This document shows, in pieces, positions 1 through 11,051 of a stretch of DNA of 64,000 bases. A model generated the notes under the pieces. It was given only the letters and a program-made list of their open reading frames with translations, did not search any database and had not been told where the DNA came from. Made by a program: the position numbers and the translations under genes. The DNA comes from a virus. The first letter of the stretch is position 1. Every line of letters begins with the position of its first letter. The stretch lies in the IMG/VR virus record IMGVR_UViG_3300032116_000144. One strand, 5' to 3'.

Positions 1-1
1 T

Positions 2-250
2 GATAAGAAAAATAAACACAAAGGTGTTCTTGAAAAACAAGAAGAGTTAGAAAAAGAGATAGAAACTCTTAAAGTACAAATTAAAGAAATACACGAAAAA
101 GATAAAGAACAAGACCTTAGTTTTAATATAAAGAAAACATTTAAACAAGAAATGGTTGATGTTTCTAAAGACTTTATTAAATTAATTATTCAGTTTGTAG
201 GTTTATATCTTGTTCTTAAAGGAATTATGCCTCCTGATGGTTTATTATGA
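2..250 (+). CDS. Partial CDS (C-terminal part): coiled-coil protein with C-terminal transmembrane segment
   Basis: Frame 2 is open from window start to TGA at 248-250. Translation is K/E-rich heptad-like, then hydrophobic LIIQFVGLYLVLKGI. Its stop overlaps the ATG of the next ORF. Confidence 0.4.
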   Translation, partial: DKKNKHKGVLEKQEELEKEIETLKVQIKEIHEKDKEQDLSFNIKKTFKQEMVDVSKDFIKLIIQFVGLYLVLKGIMPPDGLL

Positions 251-576
251 TTGATTTAATTAAAGACAATCTTGCTAATTATATTGCATATTTTATAGCA
301 ATATCTTGTTTAATACAAATATATGCTATTTATTTTTTGCAGCGTAATAATATAATTAATGATTTACGAGGAAAAGATACTTGGTGGCAATTACGAGAAT
401 TATCTGCTATTATATGGCTTGCTTTATTTCCTACACTAGCTATAATTAGTGTTTTTGGTATATCAGTTGGAGAACAGGTATGGTGGTCTTTAGATTTATG
501 CTACTTTGCAAATTTAGGAAGTAAAAATTTAGATAATTTTATTCAAACAAAGTATGGGAAACAACAAGGCAGTTAG
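247..576 (+). CDS. Small multi-pass membrane protein (holin-like candidate)
   Basis: 109 aa with 2-3 hydrophobic helices (YIAYFIAISCLIQIYAIYF, AIIWLALFPTLAIISVFGI). ATGA overlap with the upstream gene. Confidence 0.4.
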   Translation: MIDLIKDNLANYIAYFIAISCLIQIYAIYFLQRNNIINDLRGKDTWWQLRELSAIIWLALFPTLAIISVFGISVGEQVWWSLDLCYFANLGSKNLDNFIQTKYGKQQGS

Positions 577-931
577 TTTACTTATATTTTTAATAATCGT
601 TCTGATTACTACTCTAATCTTAGAGGGTAATAAGAAACAATACAATGAGTCAGTTATTTTTGAGTTACAACAAAAAAATAAAGAATTAACAGAAATAAAT
701 AATAAACTAAAAGATTCGTTAACATATAACGCAAAATATAAGTTAAATTTATTTCTTAAAATAGATTCTATTAATAAAGAAGTTACGTTACGAAATAATA
801 GAATAGTTTTATTGACTAAGGAGTTAAGTAATATCAAGGGAAGATATAATCATTTAACAACAGATTCAGTACTGTTGTTAATAATAAAAAGATATGAAAA
901 AGATAATTTTTCTACTTCTACTAATAAGTAA
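554..931 (+). CDS. N-terminally membrane-anchored coiled-coil protein (i-spanin-like candidate)
   Basis: 125 aa. N-terminal TM (VSLLIFLIIVLITTLIL) followed by a charged coiled-coil. Overlaps both neighbouring genes. Confidence 0.35.
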   Translation: MGNNKAVSLLIFLIIVLITTLILEGNKKQYNESVIFELQQKNKELTEINNKLKDSLTYNAKYKLNLFLKIDSINKEVTLRNNRIVLLTKELSNIKGRYNHLTTDSVLLLIIKRYEKDNFSTSTNK

Positions 932-1268
932 TTATACTTATAGTCAGAAAGTTTTAGTTGATATTAATATTTTAAAATGGTCTTTAGAAAAAGATGATTC
1001 TTTACAAGTTATTAAAAAAATTAGCTTAGAGAAAGATAGTCTTATAGCAAAAAAAGATACTATAATTTTAACTCAAGATAAAATTATTAAAAATTATAGA
1101 TTAGATAGTGTTATTTATAATAAAATAATCACAAACAAAGACAGTATTCAATCTAATAGTAATAAGATAGTAGATATTAAAAAATCAGAAAATAAAGAAC
1201 TTAAACGACAAAATAAGTTATTAAAAATTATTAGTCCTGTACTTATTGTAATTGCTTTATTACTATGA
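894..1268 (+). CDS. Secreted/anchored coiled-coil protein (signal peptide plus C-terminal hydrophobic tail)
   Basis: N-terminal MKKIIFLLLLISNYTYSQ signal-like segment and C-terminal ISPVLIVIALLL. Embedded in/overlapping the previous ORF, as in spanin pairs. Confidence 0.35.
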   Translation: MKKIIFLLLLISNYTYSQKVLVDINILKWSLEKDDSLQVIKKISLEKDSLIAKKDTIILTQDKIIKNYRLDSVIYNKIITNKDSIQSNSNKIVDIKKSENKELKRQNKLLKIISPVLIVIALLL

Positions 1269-1909
1269 CTGAAATAAAAGTATTTGCAGAAGAAATTGCA
1301 ACAATTTTTAATAAACAATTTGATTTACCTTTTTTAGAGGTATTAAAACAGTCTATTATAGGATATAGAGCAACTATTTTAAAACAAGAGTTTGATAAAA
1401 ATGGTAGATTTCCTAGAGGTAGCGAGCAAAAAATTTGTTTAAAATTAAAGAAAGTTAAAGCAGTTGAATGTTGCATTGACGAAGATATAGAGTGTGAAGT
1501 ATCTAGAACAATAGACAGAGTTCCTTCTGGAGTTAGAACAAATAATATGTCTACTCCTTTCTTATTTGTTGGTTCCGCTAATGCAGAAAAAGCATTTACT
1601 TACGCTCCTTCTTACATTATAAAAAATATATTAGAAGGTAATAAATTTACTAAATCAGATACTTATTACGATTATGTAGATGGATACATTTATATTTTTA
1701 ATAGTGCTACACAACGTATTAATGTTAGAGATGTATTTGGTAATCCATTAGAATTATTAAATTTAACTAATTGTGAAGGTAAACCTTGTTTAGAGGCTGT
1801 TTATATTGATGATGATATGAAACGTCTTATTAAACAATTTATTCTTGAAGAATATAGATCAGTACGTCAAGTACCAGAAACGCAAGAAATTAAATTAAAT
1901 GAATCCTAA
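1265..1909 (+). CDS. Hypothetical virion structural protein
   Basis: 214 aa ORF at the head of an operon of overlapping-start/stop genes on the + strand. No recognisable motif. Confidence 0.5.
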   Translation: MTEIKVFAEEIATIFNKQFDLPFLEVLKQSIIGYRATILKQEFDKNGRFPRGSEQKICLKLKKVKAVECCIDEDIECEVSRTIDRVPSGVRTNNMSTPFLFVGSANAEKAFTYAPSYIIKNILEGNKFTKSDTYYDYVDGYIYIFNSATQRINVRDVFGNPLELLNLTNCEGKPCLEAVYIDDDMKRLIKQFILEEYRSVRQVPETQEIKLNES

Positions 1910-2381
1910 CAGTCAATATAATACTAGATCAATTTATAATCTTTGCATAGAACAAGGTTTAATAAATAAAGAAACTTGTTCCTATAGAGATTTTTACGAT
2001 GTAGTTAGAGAATTTCATAAAGGTGTTTCTAATAAAATTATATTTAACGAATATAATTTTAAAATAAATATAGGATATTTTAAAGTTCTTCGTGTAGCAA
2101 GAAAGGGTGAAAGTATTAATTGGGGAGCTTCTAAAAAGAGAAAACAGGAATTAATAGATAGTGGACTTACTCCTTTTAATAAAACTACTGCACTTGATGG
2201 TGTAAAATGGTTTATTTACCATGAAGGAGATTATTATAAATGGTCTTGGTTTAAAGATAAAGCAGCTACTTTTATTAAGAATTGTAAAATGTATAAGTTT
2301 ACACCAATGACAGGAAATAGAAGAGCAGTTGCAAAAGCAGTACAATTAAATCCACAAGCAGAATATGCCTCACATTCATAA
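1899..2381 (+). CDS. Hypothetical virion structural protein
   Basis: 160 aa. 11-nt overlap with the upstream gene and 17-nt overlap with the downstream gene, i.e. part of the same coupled operon. Confidence 0.5.
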   Translation: MNPNSQYNTRSIYNLCIEQGLINKETCSYRDFYDVVREFHKGVSNKIIFNEYNFKINIGYFKVLRVARKGESINWGASKKRKQELIDSGLTPFNKTTALDGVKWFIYHEGDYYKWSWFKDKAATFIKNCKMYKFTPMTGNRRAVAKAVQLNPQAEYASHS

Positions 2382-3159
2382 ACTTACTTCTGTTTCTACT
2401 ATTTTAAACAAAGTACAAAGAACATTTAGACCACCTGATTCAAGTTGGATTGGTGATGCTATTGAGGATATTGGTTTAGCTATTCAAGCTATTGGTTATC
2501 ATGCTGGATTTGAACATAAACAAACAGAACCACCTTATATTAAAGTAACTAATAATAGAGCAAAAGTTCCGTGTCATGTAGAGCGTATTAAAGTAATAGA
2601 ACAACTGTTACCTGATGCTTTTTCAGAAAGAAATCTACTTAATCCCGACGGCACTACTCCTTTTCCTCAAGTAGAATATAATCCTGACTGTACTTATCGT
2701 GGTGTAAAAATGTTTTTAGGTTCTGATCAAACAGGATATGGATTTGCAGAAGACAATCCAAGGACAACAGGTATTTCTCCTGGTGCTCCTTATTATAATT
2801 TAGATGGAGACTATATTTATACATCATTTACAGAAGGATTGATTAAATTACATTATGTAGGTTTTGCCTTAGATAAAAATGGTTATCCTCGTATTCTTGA
2901 TGATGCTGATTATAAAATGGCAGTTGAGTGGTATGTAGTTTATAATATGCTTTTAAAAGGATTTAAACACCCTGATCTTTCTTGGAAAGATGCATATCAA
3001 ATGTGGGAAACTTATAGACTTCGTGCAGAAAATGCTCCTAAAATGCCTAGCATTGATGCAGCCGAAAGATTTAGAAATACTTGGAGTCGATTTGCAATAG
3101 GTAATGAGTGGGGTCAAGAGTTTTTTATGAATTTAGAACAACCTTCAAATATTGAATAA
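2365..3159 (+). CDS. Hypothetical virion structural protein
   Basis: 264 aa. Stop TAA overlaps the ATG of the 1264-aa gene (TAATG). Confidence 0.5.
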   Translation: MPHIHKLTSVSTILNKVQRTFRPPDSSWIGDAIEDIGLAIQAIGYHAGFEHKQTEPPYIKVTNNRAKVPCHVERIKVIEQLLPDAFSERNLLNPDGTTPFPQVEYNPDCTYRGVKMFLGSDQTGYGFAEDNPRTTGISPGAPYYNLDGDYIYTSFTEGLIKLHYVGFALDKNGYPRILDDADYKMAVEWYVVYNMLLKGFKHPDLSWKDAYQMWETYRLRAENAPKMPSIDAAERFRNTWSRFAIGNEWGQEFFMNLEQPSNIE

Positions 3160-6100
3160 TGTTACCCGATAAAGGATTATATCAAGATAGTAACGAGTTT
3201 AATCAACCAAAAGGAACTTGGATTGATGCACGTAATATTTTAAAAGATAAGAAAAAACGTGCTATTACATCCGATCTAGGTACTGTTGTAACTGCAACAG
3301 GTTATCCATTTGCAACAGCAAAACCTATTGGAACAACTGTATTTCCTGATGGTTCTTATGTTGTTTATTCTGATGGAATCAATGGTGGTCAAGACAGATT
3401 AGGTGTTGTAGAAACTAATGGAGTTTATTCTGATATTATTATAGATAATTTACTAAATTTTAGTCAAAACTATCCTATTAGATCAAGTGAATTTGATTAC
3501 AATTTTTTAAAACAACGTATAATATCTTGGACAGATAAAAATAATGTAGCAAGAATTGCTAATATTGATAATTTAGGTTTTGCTCTTACTGTTGGAAAAG
3601 CTTTTATAACGGCCACAGACTTAAACAAATTAAACCTGTTTCCTTCTTTTAAAAGCCCAAACATAGTTTCTACAATATTAAACAGTGGTGGAAGCATAAA
3701 AGCAGGACACTATACGTTTGCAATTAAATATAAAAATATAGATGGAACTATTACAAATTATAGTCCATTTCAAAGCTCTGTATATGTTGTTGAAGATATT
3801 ACAGGTAATGTTTCATTATATGACGGTACTCCTCCTGGTTCTTTTACTGGTAAATCTATTCAAATTCAATTAACTGGTTTAGATACATCATATAATAGTT
3901 TTGTTTTAGTAGCTATTAGTACTATCAATGGTGTTAAAACAGCTTTTGAAATTAAAGAAGAAATTATCATTGGACCAAATATGACGATTACTTATATTGG
4001 TTCAGAAACACCAGTTACTTTATCTTTAGAAGAAGTATTAACTTCAAAACCTATTTATACAAAAGTTGGAGCAATGGCTCAACTTCATAATGTACTATAT
4101 CTTGCAGATTTAGAAACACAAGAAGATTTTAATTTTCAAGAAGTAGCTAATCAAATAAAAATTTATTATAATAGCACAATTACAAGTGCAAATAATTTAA
4201 ATGCACAAAACTTACCTACTTTTGGACATAAAGAAGTTTATGCTTTTTATATAGTATTTGTATTAAATAATGGTTCTTTATCAAAAGCATATCATATTCC
4301 TGGTAGACCAGTTATTCCCGGAGAACCCGATCCTTTAGCTAATATTACTGTAGGTGGTATTGCAGCTAAAAGATACCAAATAAGAGATACAACTAATCAA
4401 AGCGATACTACTTATACTACTGTTCTTACTCCAGCCGGAACTACTATAAGTCCTAACCAGTCTTTTTACTCAAATATGGGTTATTGGGAGAATGAAAATG
4501 AAGAGTATCCTCCTAATTGGCCTGGTGGTTTAGGTGGTCAACGAGTAAGACATCACGTATTTCCTAGTTATCAAGAATGTAGAACTAGACATTACAATAG
4601 TAATCCCGAATATTTAAAATCTCAATTAGATATTTTAGGTATTGACACGTATATACCTGCAATTCCTGTTGAAATGCAAGGTAAATTTTCAGGTTATTTT
4701 ATTTGTTATGCTAAAAAAGATTATGAAGATTGTATTAATTATGGATTAGATTTATTACAATTTAGTGCTAAAAATCCAACAGTAACGGATAATATAGAGT
4801 GGGATACCGCATATAATAATGAGTCATCTTATGATGGTACACGTGTTCAATCTATTGAGTTTAATAGTATTAGGTCACACATAAGAGATTTACTTAAAGA
4901 TAAACCACAATTATCTACTTCTCAATTATACCTTAGATTAGAAGCAAGGTATAGATATTTTGGAAGCAGAGATTCAAGAGGTGATGTAGTTTCTCCAGAT
5001 AATAGTGGTTTTATATATCTCTTAGATTACATAAATAGACCTATAAAAGTTCCTAATGCTGTTTCTGGAGTTAAAAGAGAGTTTCCTGATCATGTTATGA
5101 TTAATACTCTTAGTACTTTTCCAGTAACCGAATTTAGATATTTAGCAAATGGTGTATTAGACGGCAATAAATATAATTTACGAAGTGGTGAATCTATCTA
5201 TTTAAAAAGTACATTATATGAAAGAATGAATGAAGGTAACCCTCCAAATTTTAGTTTTAAACGTATTAACTATGATACTAAATTGGGTATTACTTTTATT
5301 CCAACTGGTTTAATACAAGGTAATGAACCTACTCCAACAGACTTTATTGAAGAGACGTACTTATATTCTTTATGTCAAGTAAAGTCTAATGTTCATAGTT
5401 TATACGATCAACAAATTTTAACAATTTGTTCTCCTTTATTAGATGGTACAGTAGCTCCACCACTATATACTAAAAATCATATTGGTTACGGTGATAGATT
5501 TATTGGACCTATTACAAAAATGCACGTAGGTAGTACTAGCGCTAGACCAAGTGATATAACTAATAATAAAGCTAGAGCAATGACAATAAGGTATCATATT
5601 TGTGAAAGTAGGTACAATACTAGATTAAGATATGAGGTAGATGGAAATGAAAATACAAAATATTATCCAAAAACTAATGCTTCTAATTTTTATCTAAAGT
5701 CAGACGATAGAAGAATACAATTTAATTTTGGAAGTGATACTTACGATACATCAGGTTTTAAAAGTGATTATAAAGAAACTAATTATATTAATCAAGCATT
5801 AATATATAATCCTAATAAAGTTAATCAGGTAACTAATAAATTTCCGTTTAGAGTTATTCGTAGTGGTGTAGCTGGCACTAATTTTACAGGATTAAATTCA
5901 TGGAAAACATTTTTATCTAATGATTTTTATGATAAGAATAGAAATAGAGGAGAAATTGTTAATCTTGCAGTATTAGATGATGTATTGTTAATTCATCATA
6001 GATATGGTTTATTTAGGACTATTGGAGCAAATAGACTTAGTTTTGATTCTACAGAAGTATTTTTAGGTGCTGGCGATATATTTTCACAAGAACCAAAAGA

Positions 6101-6953
6101 ACCTATTCCTTCTAGGTTAGGTTATTTAGGAGTACAAAATATATTTGGTTGTTGTTCTTTTTTAGGTGGATATAGTTGGTTAGATCAAAATACAGGAAGA
6201 GTATTTATAATTGGACCAAATGGTGTTCAGGAAATATCTAATTTTGGAATGTTTAATTTCTTTAGAGATAATTGCTTAATAGATAATACATTTCCAGATA
6301 ACCCCATTACAGGTCAAGGTATTATGACTTGTTATGATCCTATGTTTAAAAGATTAATATTCAGTAAAAAATCTAATACTAATCCTTTTACTATTTCTTT
6401 CTCTTTGTCCGATCAACAGTGGGTAGGGTATCACGATTATACTCCTGATTATATGTTTTTTAACAATAAGACTTTCTTTGGATTTAAAGATAATAAGATA
6501 CATCAATTTAATGTAGAAGGAACTATCTGTAAGTATTTTGGTAATAGTGTTCAACCATCCTATATTGATTTGGTATTTAATGATTATCAACAAGATGATA
6601 AAATATTCTTTAATACATTTTGGACTAGTGAAATGTTTGATAGTAATAACCAGTTAATAAGAGATAAAACTATTTCTCATATACAACTAGAAACAAATTA
6701 TCAACAAACAGGAGAAATTGTAATACAACCTCATAGTGATTTTAATAATCCTGGAAATACTAGAGCAGCGCATAATACATGGAACTTTAATAAAATGAAG
6801 GATGCAAATGCAGACGTGTATAAAAAGAAACCATTAGTAGGTGTATATGCTAAAGTAAGATTTAAGTACGATAATGCACCTAACTTGGATTTAACACAAA
6901 ATTCATTATATTTATACGATTTTGGTGTAAAGATACGTAAAGCTGAATTATAA
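3159..6953 (+). CDS. Large virion protein (tail / host-interaction candidate)
   Basis: 1264 aa, N/T/S/G-rich beta-type composition typical of tail fibre/baseplate proteins. Translationally coupled to flanking genes. Confidence 0.55.
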   Translation: MLPDKGLYQDSNEFNQPKGTWIDARNILKDKKKRAITSDLGTVVTATGYPFATAKPIGTTVFPDGSYVVYSDGINGGQDRLGVVETNGVYSDIIIDNLLNFSQNYPIRSSEFDYNFLKQRIISWTDKNNVARIANIDNLGFALTVGKAFITATDLNKLNLFPSFKSPNIVSTILNSGGSIKAGHYTFAIKYKNIDGTITNYSPFQSSVYVVEDITGNVSLYDGTPPGSFTGKSIQIQLTGLDTSYNSFVLVAISTINGVKTAFEIKEEIIIGPNMTITYIGSETPVTLSLEEVLTSKPIYTKVGAMAQLHNVLYLADLETQEDFNFQEVANQIKIYYNSTITSANNLNAQNLPTFGHKEVYAFYIVFVLNNGSLSKAYHIPGRPVIPGEPDPLANITVGGIAAKRYQIRDTTNQSDTTYTTVLTPAGTTISPNQSFYSNMGYWENENEEYPPNWPGGLGGQRVRHHVFPSYQECRTRHYNSNPEYLKSQLDILGIDTYIPAIPVEMQGKFSGYFICYAKKDYEDCINYGLDLLQFSAKNPTVTDNIEWDTAYNNESSYDGTRVQSIEFNSIRSHIRDLLKDKPQLSTSQLYLRLEARYRYFGSRDSRGDVVSPDNSGFIYLLDYINRPIKVPNAVSGVKREFPDHVMINTLSTFPVTEFRYLANGVLDGNKYNLRSGESIYLKSTLYERMNEGNPPNFSFKRINYDTKLGITFIPTGLIQGNEPTPTDFIEETYLYSLCQVKSNVHSLYDQQILTICSPLLDGTVAPPLYTKNHIGYGDRFIGPITKMHVGSTSARPSDITNNKARAMTIRYHICESRYNTRLRYEVDGNENTKYYPKTNASNFYLKSDDRRIQFNFGSDTYDTSGFKSDYKETNYINQALIYNPNKVNQVTNKFPFRVIRSGVAGTNFTGLNSWKTFLSNDFYDKNRNRGEIVNLAVLDDVLLIHHRYGLFRTIGANRLSFDSTEVFLGAGDIFSQEPKEPIPSRLGYLGVQNIFGCCSFLGGYSWLDQNTGRVFIIGPNGVQEISNFGMFNFFRDNCLIDNTFPDNPITGQGIMTCYDPMFKRLIFSKKSNTNPFTISFSLSDQQWVGYHDYTPDYMFFNNKTFFGFKDNKIHQFNVEGTICKYFGNSVQPSYIDLVFNDYQQDDKIFFNTFWTSEMFDSNNQLIRDKTISHIQLETNYQQTGEIVIQPHSDFNNPGNTRAAHNTWNFNKMKDANADVYKKKPLVGVYAKVRFKYDNAPNLDLTQNSLYLYDFGVKIRKAEL

Positions 6954-9038
6954 ATGAAACTTAAAAAATATAAGTTTGGTGATTATCTAAACGCTGAGAC
7001 TGCTCCTTTTGCAGGTATGGCAGGTAATCTTGTTGATGTTTTAGATCCAGGAAATGAATTTGGTGTTAGAAGTAATCTAGCGGCAGGGGCTAGTGGTGTT
7101 CTTAAAGGCGCTAGTGCAGGTATGGTAGCTGGCCCTTGGGGTGCATTAGCAGGGGGTGTAATTGGTGGTTTAACATCTGTTTTTGGAAACGAGAAAGCAA
7201 AAAAAGAGGAAAGAAGAATTAGACAAGAAAGACTTGAACGTGCAACATCACTAATTAAAAATCAATCTCAACAAGTACTTAGTACTTTTCCTTCTCAAGG
7301 AATAATGACAGCTAAATATGGTACTTATTTACCAATGCGTCCTGCCGGAGGTTATTTACCTTATCCTACTGATGATTCAGAAGTAAAACAACTTTCATCT
7401 AATGCTGCTGTTTATGAAGGAGATACTCACGCAAATGGTGGTATTCCCATTGATACTAATCAGGATAATCAAGCAGATATAGAAATTGAAGATGGAGAAG
7501 TTATAAAAGATAACATGGTATTATCTAATAGACTTAAACCTTCTAAAGAGGTATTAGAACAATTAAAAGGTTTAGGTGTTAATATTAAGTCAGATGATAC
7601 TTATGCTTCATTAGCAGAAAGATATGCTAAGAAAAAAGGAGAATATGAAACTAATCTTAAATCAACAAGATTAGGAGAGGCGGGAACAGCAAAATTAATG
7701 TTAGAACGATTAAATAGTGCTGTTGATACATTATTTCAAGACCAAGAATTTCAGAAAATAAATAAAAATATATCTAACGATAAAATGCGTTTTGGTGGTT
7801 ATCTTCGTAAAATGACAGAAGGTGGAACTACTGAACCCGGTAAACCTAAAATTGTAAAAGGTCAAGAAAGTATTTATAATTATTTTACAAGTAAAGAACC
7901 TAAAGAAAAAGGTTTTGTGCAGGATAGAGGATGGGTTACTAGAGAAGAATATAATGCTTGGAAAAAAGCATGGCAAGAAAATCAAGTACCATGGAATACT
8001 CCATTACAAGGTAATCAAAATTTATTTTGGGAAGGTTTTGGTGTGAATAAAGTAAAAGATGCATTTGATTCTGATCCAAATATTTCTCGTATTCACATTG
8101 GTAAGTTTGATGGTGATGCTATCAATAAATGGAAATATCCACAAGGTGCGCCTGCGAACTACGTGCCATTTACTAATGATAATGCAGCTATTATTGAAAT
8201 GGAGATGATGACACCCGTTACTAAAAATAAACAAACGACAGAAAAGAGTAGCAAAGTAAAAGAAAGTCAGGTATATCCTACAAACTTTGGTGCTATATCA
8301 GGAGTTTCTGGTGGAAGAGGAGCATTTAAACCCAGTGGTGCAACTAAAGCATATGGAATGTCCTATGCTAAAGGTGGTATGTTACCTAAATATAAATTTG
8401 GAGATATTTTAGAAGCTTTACAAGGTAATACAGGTTTACTTGCTACAGGAATTGGAACTTTAGCTAATCAAGCACAGATTAATAAATTAGAAACAGAGTT
8501 TACTCCTGATGTTGCTCCTGCTCCTGTTTATAATTTTACCAATAGGATGCCTTACTTGAGAGATCAAGTATTTGGTGCTTATAGAACAGCAACACAAGGA
8601 CTACGTGGAAGTGGAGCGCAAGATAACCAAGCATTACAATCTAATCTTTTTGCTAAAAGCTTAGAAAGTTTAAATCGAGCAAGTCTTGATGAATTTGGTA
8701 GAGAAGATCAATTTAAAGCTAGATTTAATGATATGTCTAATAGAACTAATATGTTCAATACATCAGTAACAAATCAAGCTAGGTTAGAATCAATGAATAA
8801 TCGTAATCAAAGACGTGCATTAACTCAACAAAATATTGACGCTGGATTACGTAGTATTATGGGTAATCAAGCAATGAAAGATTCTCAACAATTAGATTTT
8901 ATGAAAAACTTTATGACTACTTTTAAAGAAGGTGATACTGGAGTTTTTCAAAGATGGGCAGATGAAAATCTAGATGATAGAATGTTGCGTAAAATATTTG
9001 GTAATTACTATAAACGTTCACGTAAACCTATTGGATAA
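6954..9038 (+). CDS. Internal virion / ejection protein candidate with glycine-zipper membrane segment
   Basis: 694 aa. N-terminal AAGASGVLKGASAGMVAGPWGALAGGVIGGLTSVFG (GxxxG-type glycine zipper), then a long charged region. The start follows the preceding stop directly. Confidence 0.5.
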   Translation: MKLKKYKFGDYLNAETAPFAGMAGNLVDVLDPGNEFGVRSNLAAGASGVLKGASAGMVAGPWGALAGGVIGGLTSVFGNEKAKKEERRIRQERLERATSLIKNQSQQVLSTFPSQGIMTAKYGTYLPMRPAGGYLPYPTDDSEVKQLSSNAAVYEGDTHANGGIPIDTNQDNQADIEIEDGEVIKDNMVLSNRLKPSKEVLEQLKGLGVNIKSDDTYASLAERYAKKKGEYETNLKSTRLGEAGTAKLMLERLNSAVDTLFQDQEFQKINKNISNDKMRFGGYLRKMTEGGTTEPGKPKIVKGQESIYNYFTSKEPKEKGFVQDRGWVTREEYNAWKKAWQENQVPWNTPLQGNQNLFWEGFGVNKVKDAFDSDPNISRIHIGKFDGDAINKWKYPQGAPANYVPFTNDNAAIIEMEMMTPVTKNKQTTEKSSKVKESQVYPTNFGAISGVSGGRGAFKPSGATKAYGMSYAKGGMLPKYKFGDILEALQGNTGLLATGIGTLANQAQINKLETEFTPDVAPAPVYNFTNRMPYLRDQVFGAYRTATQGLRGSGAQDNQALQSNLFAKSLESLNRASLDEFGREDQFKARFNDMSNRTNMFNTSVTNQARLESMNNRNQRRALTQQNIDAGLRSIMGNQAMKDSQQLDFMKNFMTTFKEGDTGVFQRWADENLDDRMLRKIFGNYYKRSRKPIG

Positions 9039-11050
9039 TGTCATTACCTAATTTTAATATTAACCCATATATACAACCATATATGGGTAATGTTAATAAA
9101 GAATTAAATGAATTAATTACGCAAAGACGTAATGATTATGAAGTTGCTGCGGAAACAGCAGATGTATTAGGTTATCAAACAGACACTCTAAAACAGAGTG
9201 TCGCTCCATTTGAACCAGACTCATATTATGCAGAGGAATTAATGGGTAAGTATCGTGGTCAAATAGATCAATGGTCTGAAAGAGGAGATTATGAAAATCT
9301 TGGTAGAGAAGTAAAGAAAGCGAGTAGACAATTTGCTCAAGAAATTACTCCCTTAATGCAACGTAAAAAAGCTTATGGAGATTATAAAGCCTCATTACAA
9401 GAGCGTTATGAGAAAGGAGAAATTAAATCAGACGTTTATCAAGCAGCATTAAATAAGACAAAGGCAGATAATTCTGCTATGACTAGAGATCAGGTATTAC
9501 AAGGTCAATTTAGTGGTTTTGTACCTTCTAAAAGTGTAGACGTATCAAAGATGCTTGACGATGCCATTAAAGGAATGGAATCTCAAGGAAAAGTAGGTAA
9601 AATTCAAAATAATGGTGATGGTACCTATACTATTGTAGGTGGTGAATATAGAACAATGCAAGATATTCAACAAGCTGCAATGCGATATTTAGAAGGTTCT
9701 TCTGAATTTAAAAGCTATACTCAGACTATGAATGTTCTTGGTCTCGGAGAACAATTAAATAAAGAAATTTTAGCTGGTGTAGCATACGTTGCTGGAGAAA
9801 TTAATCCCAGAACAAATCAACCTATAGGTGGTAAATACAGATTCCTTAAAGATAAATCTCAACAACAAGTTTATCCAGAGTGGATGTATGATAGAATGAC
9901 TCCTGTTGGTTCTTCTTTAGCCATTCAAGATATATCTAGTAAAAATCTTCATGCTAAAGATAAGTATGAAGATTTAAATTACGTAGACGGAAAATTTGTT
10001 TATGGTAATTATATAGGAAATGTTAGTACACCGGAAGGTACCAAGAGAGGATATTATTATAATGAGAAAACAGAGGATAAGCTTAGTCCTCAAGCATATA
10101 TTAATAAAACACAGGAACCTTTGACAAAACAAATAGCCGAAGGTGCAGATAATAGTGCAGTTAATTATAAGTTTAGAGAAGCTTCTAGTGTTGAAGAAGA
10201 AGAAATTCAAAATAAACATATCACTAACTTAACTAATGATAGTAAAAAGCAATTTTTAGTTCAACAAGTTACTGATAATAAAGTTCCAGAACAGTGGTTA
10301 AATGATCCTCAAAAGTATCAAAAACAAATTGATGATTATTTAAGAATTAATGAGCCTCGATGGAATAATCCTGAATATATGAAACAAACTTTAGAGAATC
10401 ATAAAGATGCTGTTAAAAATGCAGCAGTTATGAATGATAATAGAGTTTGGACTCCGATTGAAACTAGAGCTTCTATGAAGCGTAAAGGAGAAGAATTAAA
10501 TATTCCTAATATTATTAGAACTATTGGAGGTAGAGATGTTTTTGAATTAGGTGCTGATAAAGAATCTAAACGAGAAGGTGTAGTAGATATTTCTTCGTTT
10601 TTGGAAGAAACTCAAAAAGATGGAAAACTAGTAGATGTAACATATAATGGTCTTGCACAAATTAATCCTATTAGTGGTAGACCAGGACAGCGTTACGATT
10701 TTATATATCAAGATAAGGATGGTAAAACATTTAAAAGAAGTGTAATTGTTCCTGTTGAAGATAGTGCATTACAACCTATGCAAGATGTAATGAGTGCTGC
10801 AATGGCAGGTAATTCTACACAAATTAAAGCAGATAACGTTTATATTCCTTCTGTTGGAAAGAATATGAATTTGACGTTTGATGTAATAAGTGTTCCTAAT
10901 CCTGATAAAGCTATGAGAAAATCAGTACCTTTTGTTGGTTATGTAGTTATTACTGACGCAGCAGGAATGAAAGTAGCAAAGACTCTTAGTAGTTTTCCAG
11001 AATATTATAAGAGTCTTGTTCCATTAGAAGTAGAAAAATATCTAAAATAA
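9038..11050 (+). CDS. Hypothetical virion (ejection/internal) protein
   Basis: 670 aa, TAATG coupling upstream. Lies immediately upstream of the giant ORF in the same operon. Confidence 0.5.
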   Translation: MSLPNFNINPYIQPYMGNVNKELNELITQRRNDYEVAAETADVLGYQTDTLKQSVAPFEPDSYYAEELMGKYRGQIDQWSERGDYENLGREVKKASRQFAQEITPLMQRKKAYGDYKASLQERYEKGEIKSDVYQAALNKTKADNSAMTRDQVLQGQFSGFVPSKSVDVSKMLDDAIKGMESQGKVGKIQNNGDGTYTIVGGEYRTMQDIQQAAMRYLEGSSEFKSYTQTMNVLGLGEQLNKEILAGVAYVAGEINPRTNQPIGGKYRFLKDKSQQQVYPEWMYDRMTPVGSSLAIQDISSKNLHAKDKYEDLNYVDGKFVYGNYIGNVSTPEGTKRGYYYNEKTEDKLSPQAYINKTQEPLTKQIAEGADNSAVNYKFREASSVEEEEIQNKHITNLTNDSKKQFLVQQVTDNKVPEQWLNDPQKYQKQIDDYLRINEPRWNNPEYMKQTLENHKDAVKNAAVMNDNRVWTPIETRASMKRKGEELNIPNIIRTIGGRDVFELGADKESKREGVVDISSFLEETQKDGKLVDVTYNGLAQINPISGRPGQRYDFIYQDKDGKTFKRSVIVPVEDSALQPMQDVMSAAMAGNSTQIKADNVYIPSVGKNMNLTFDVISVPNPDKAMRKSVPFVGYVVITDAAGMKVAKTLSSFPEYYKSLVPLEVEKYLK

Positions 11051-11051
11051 C

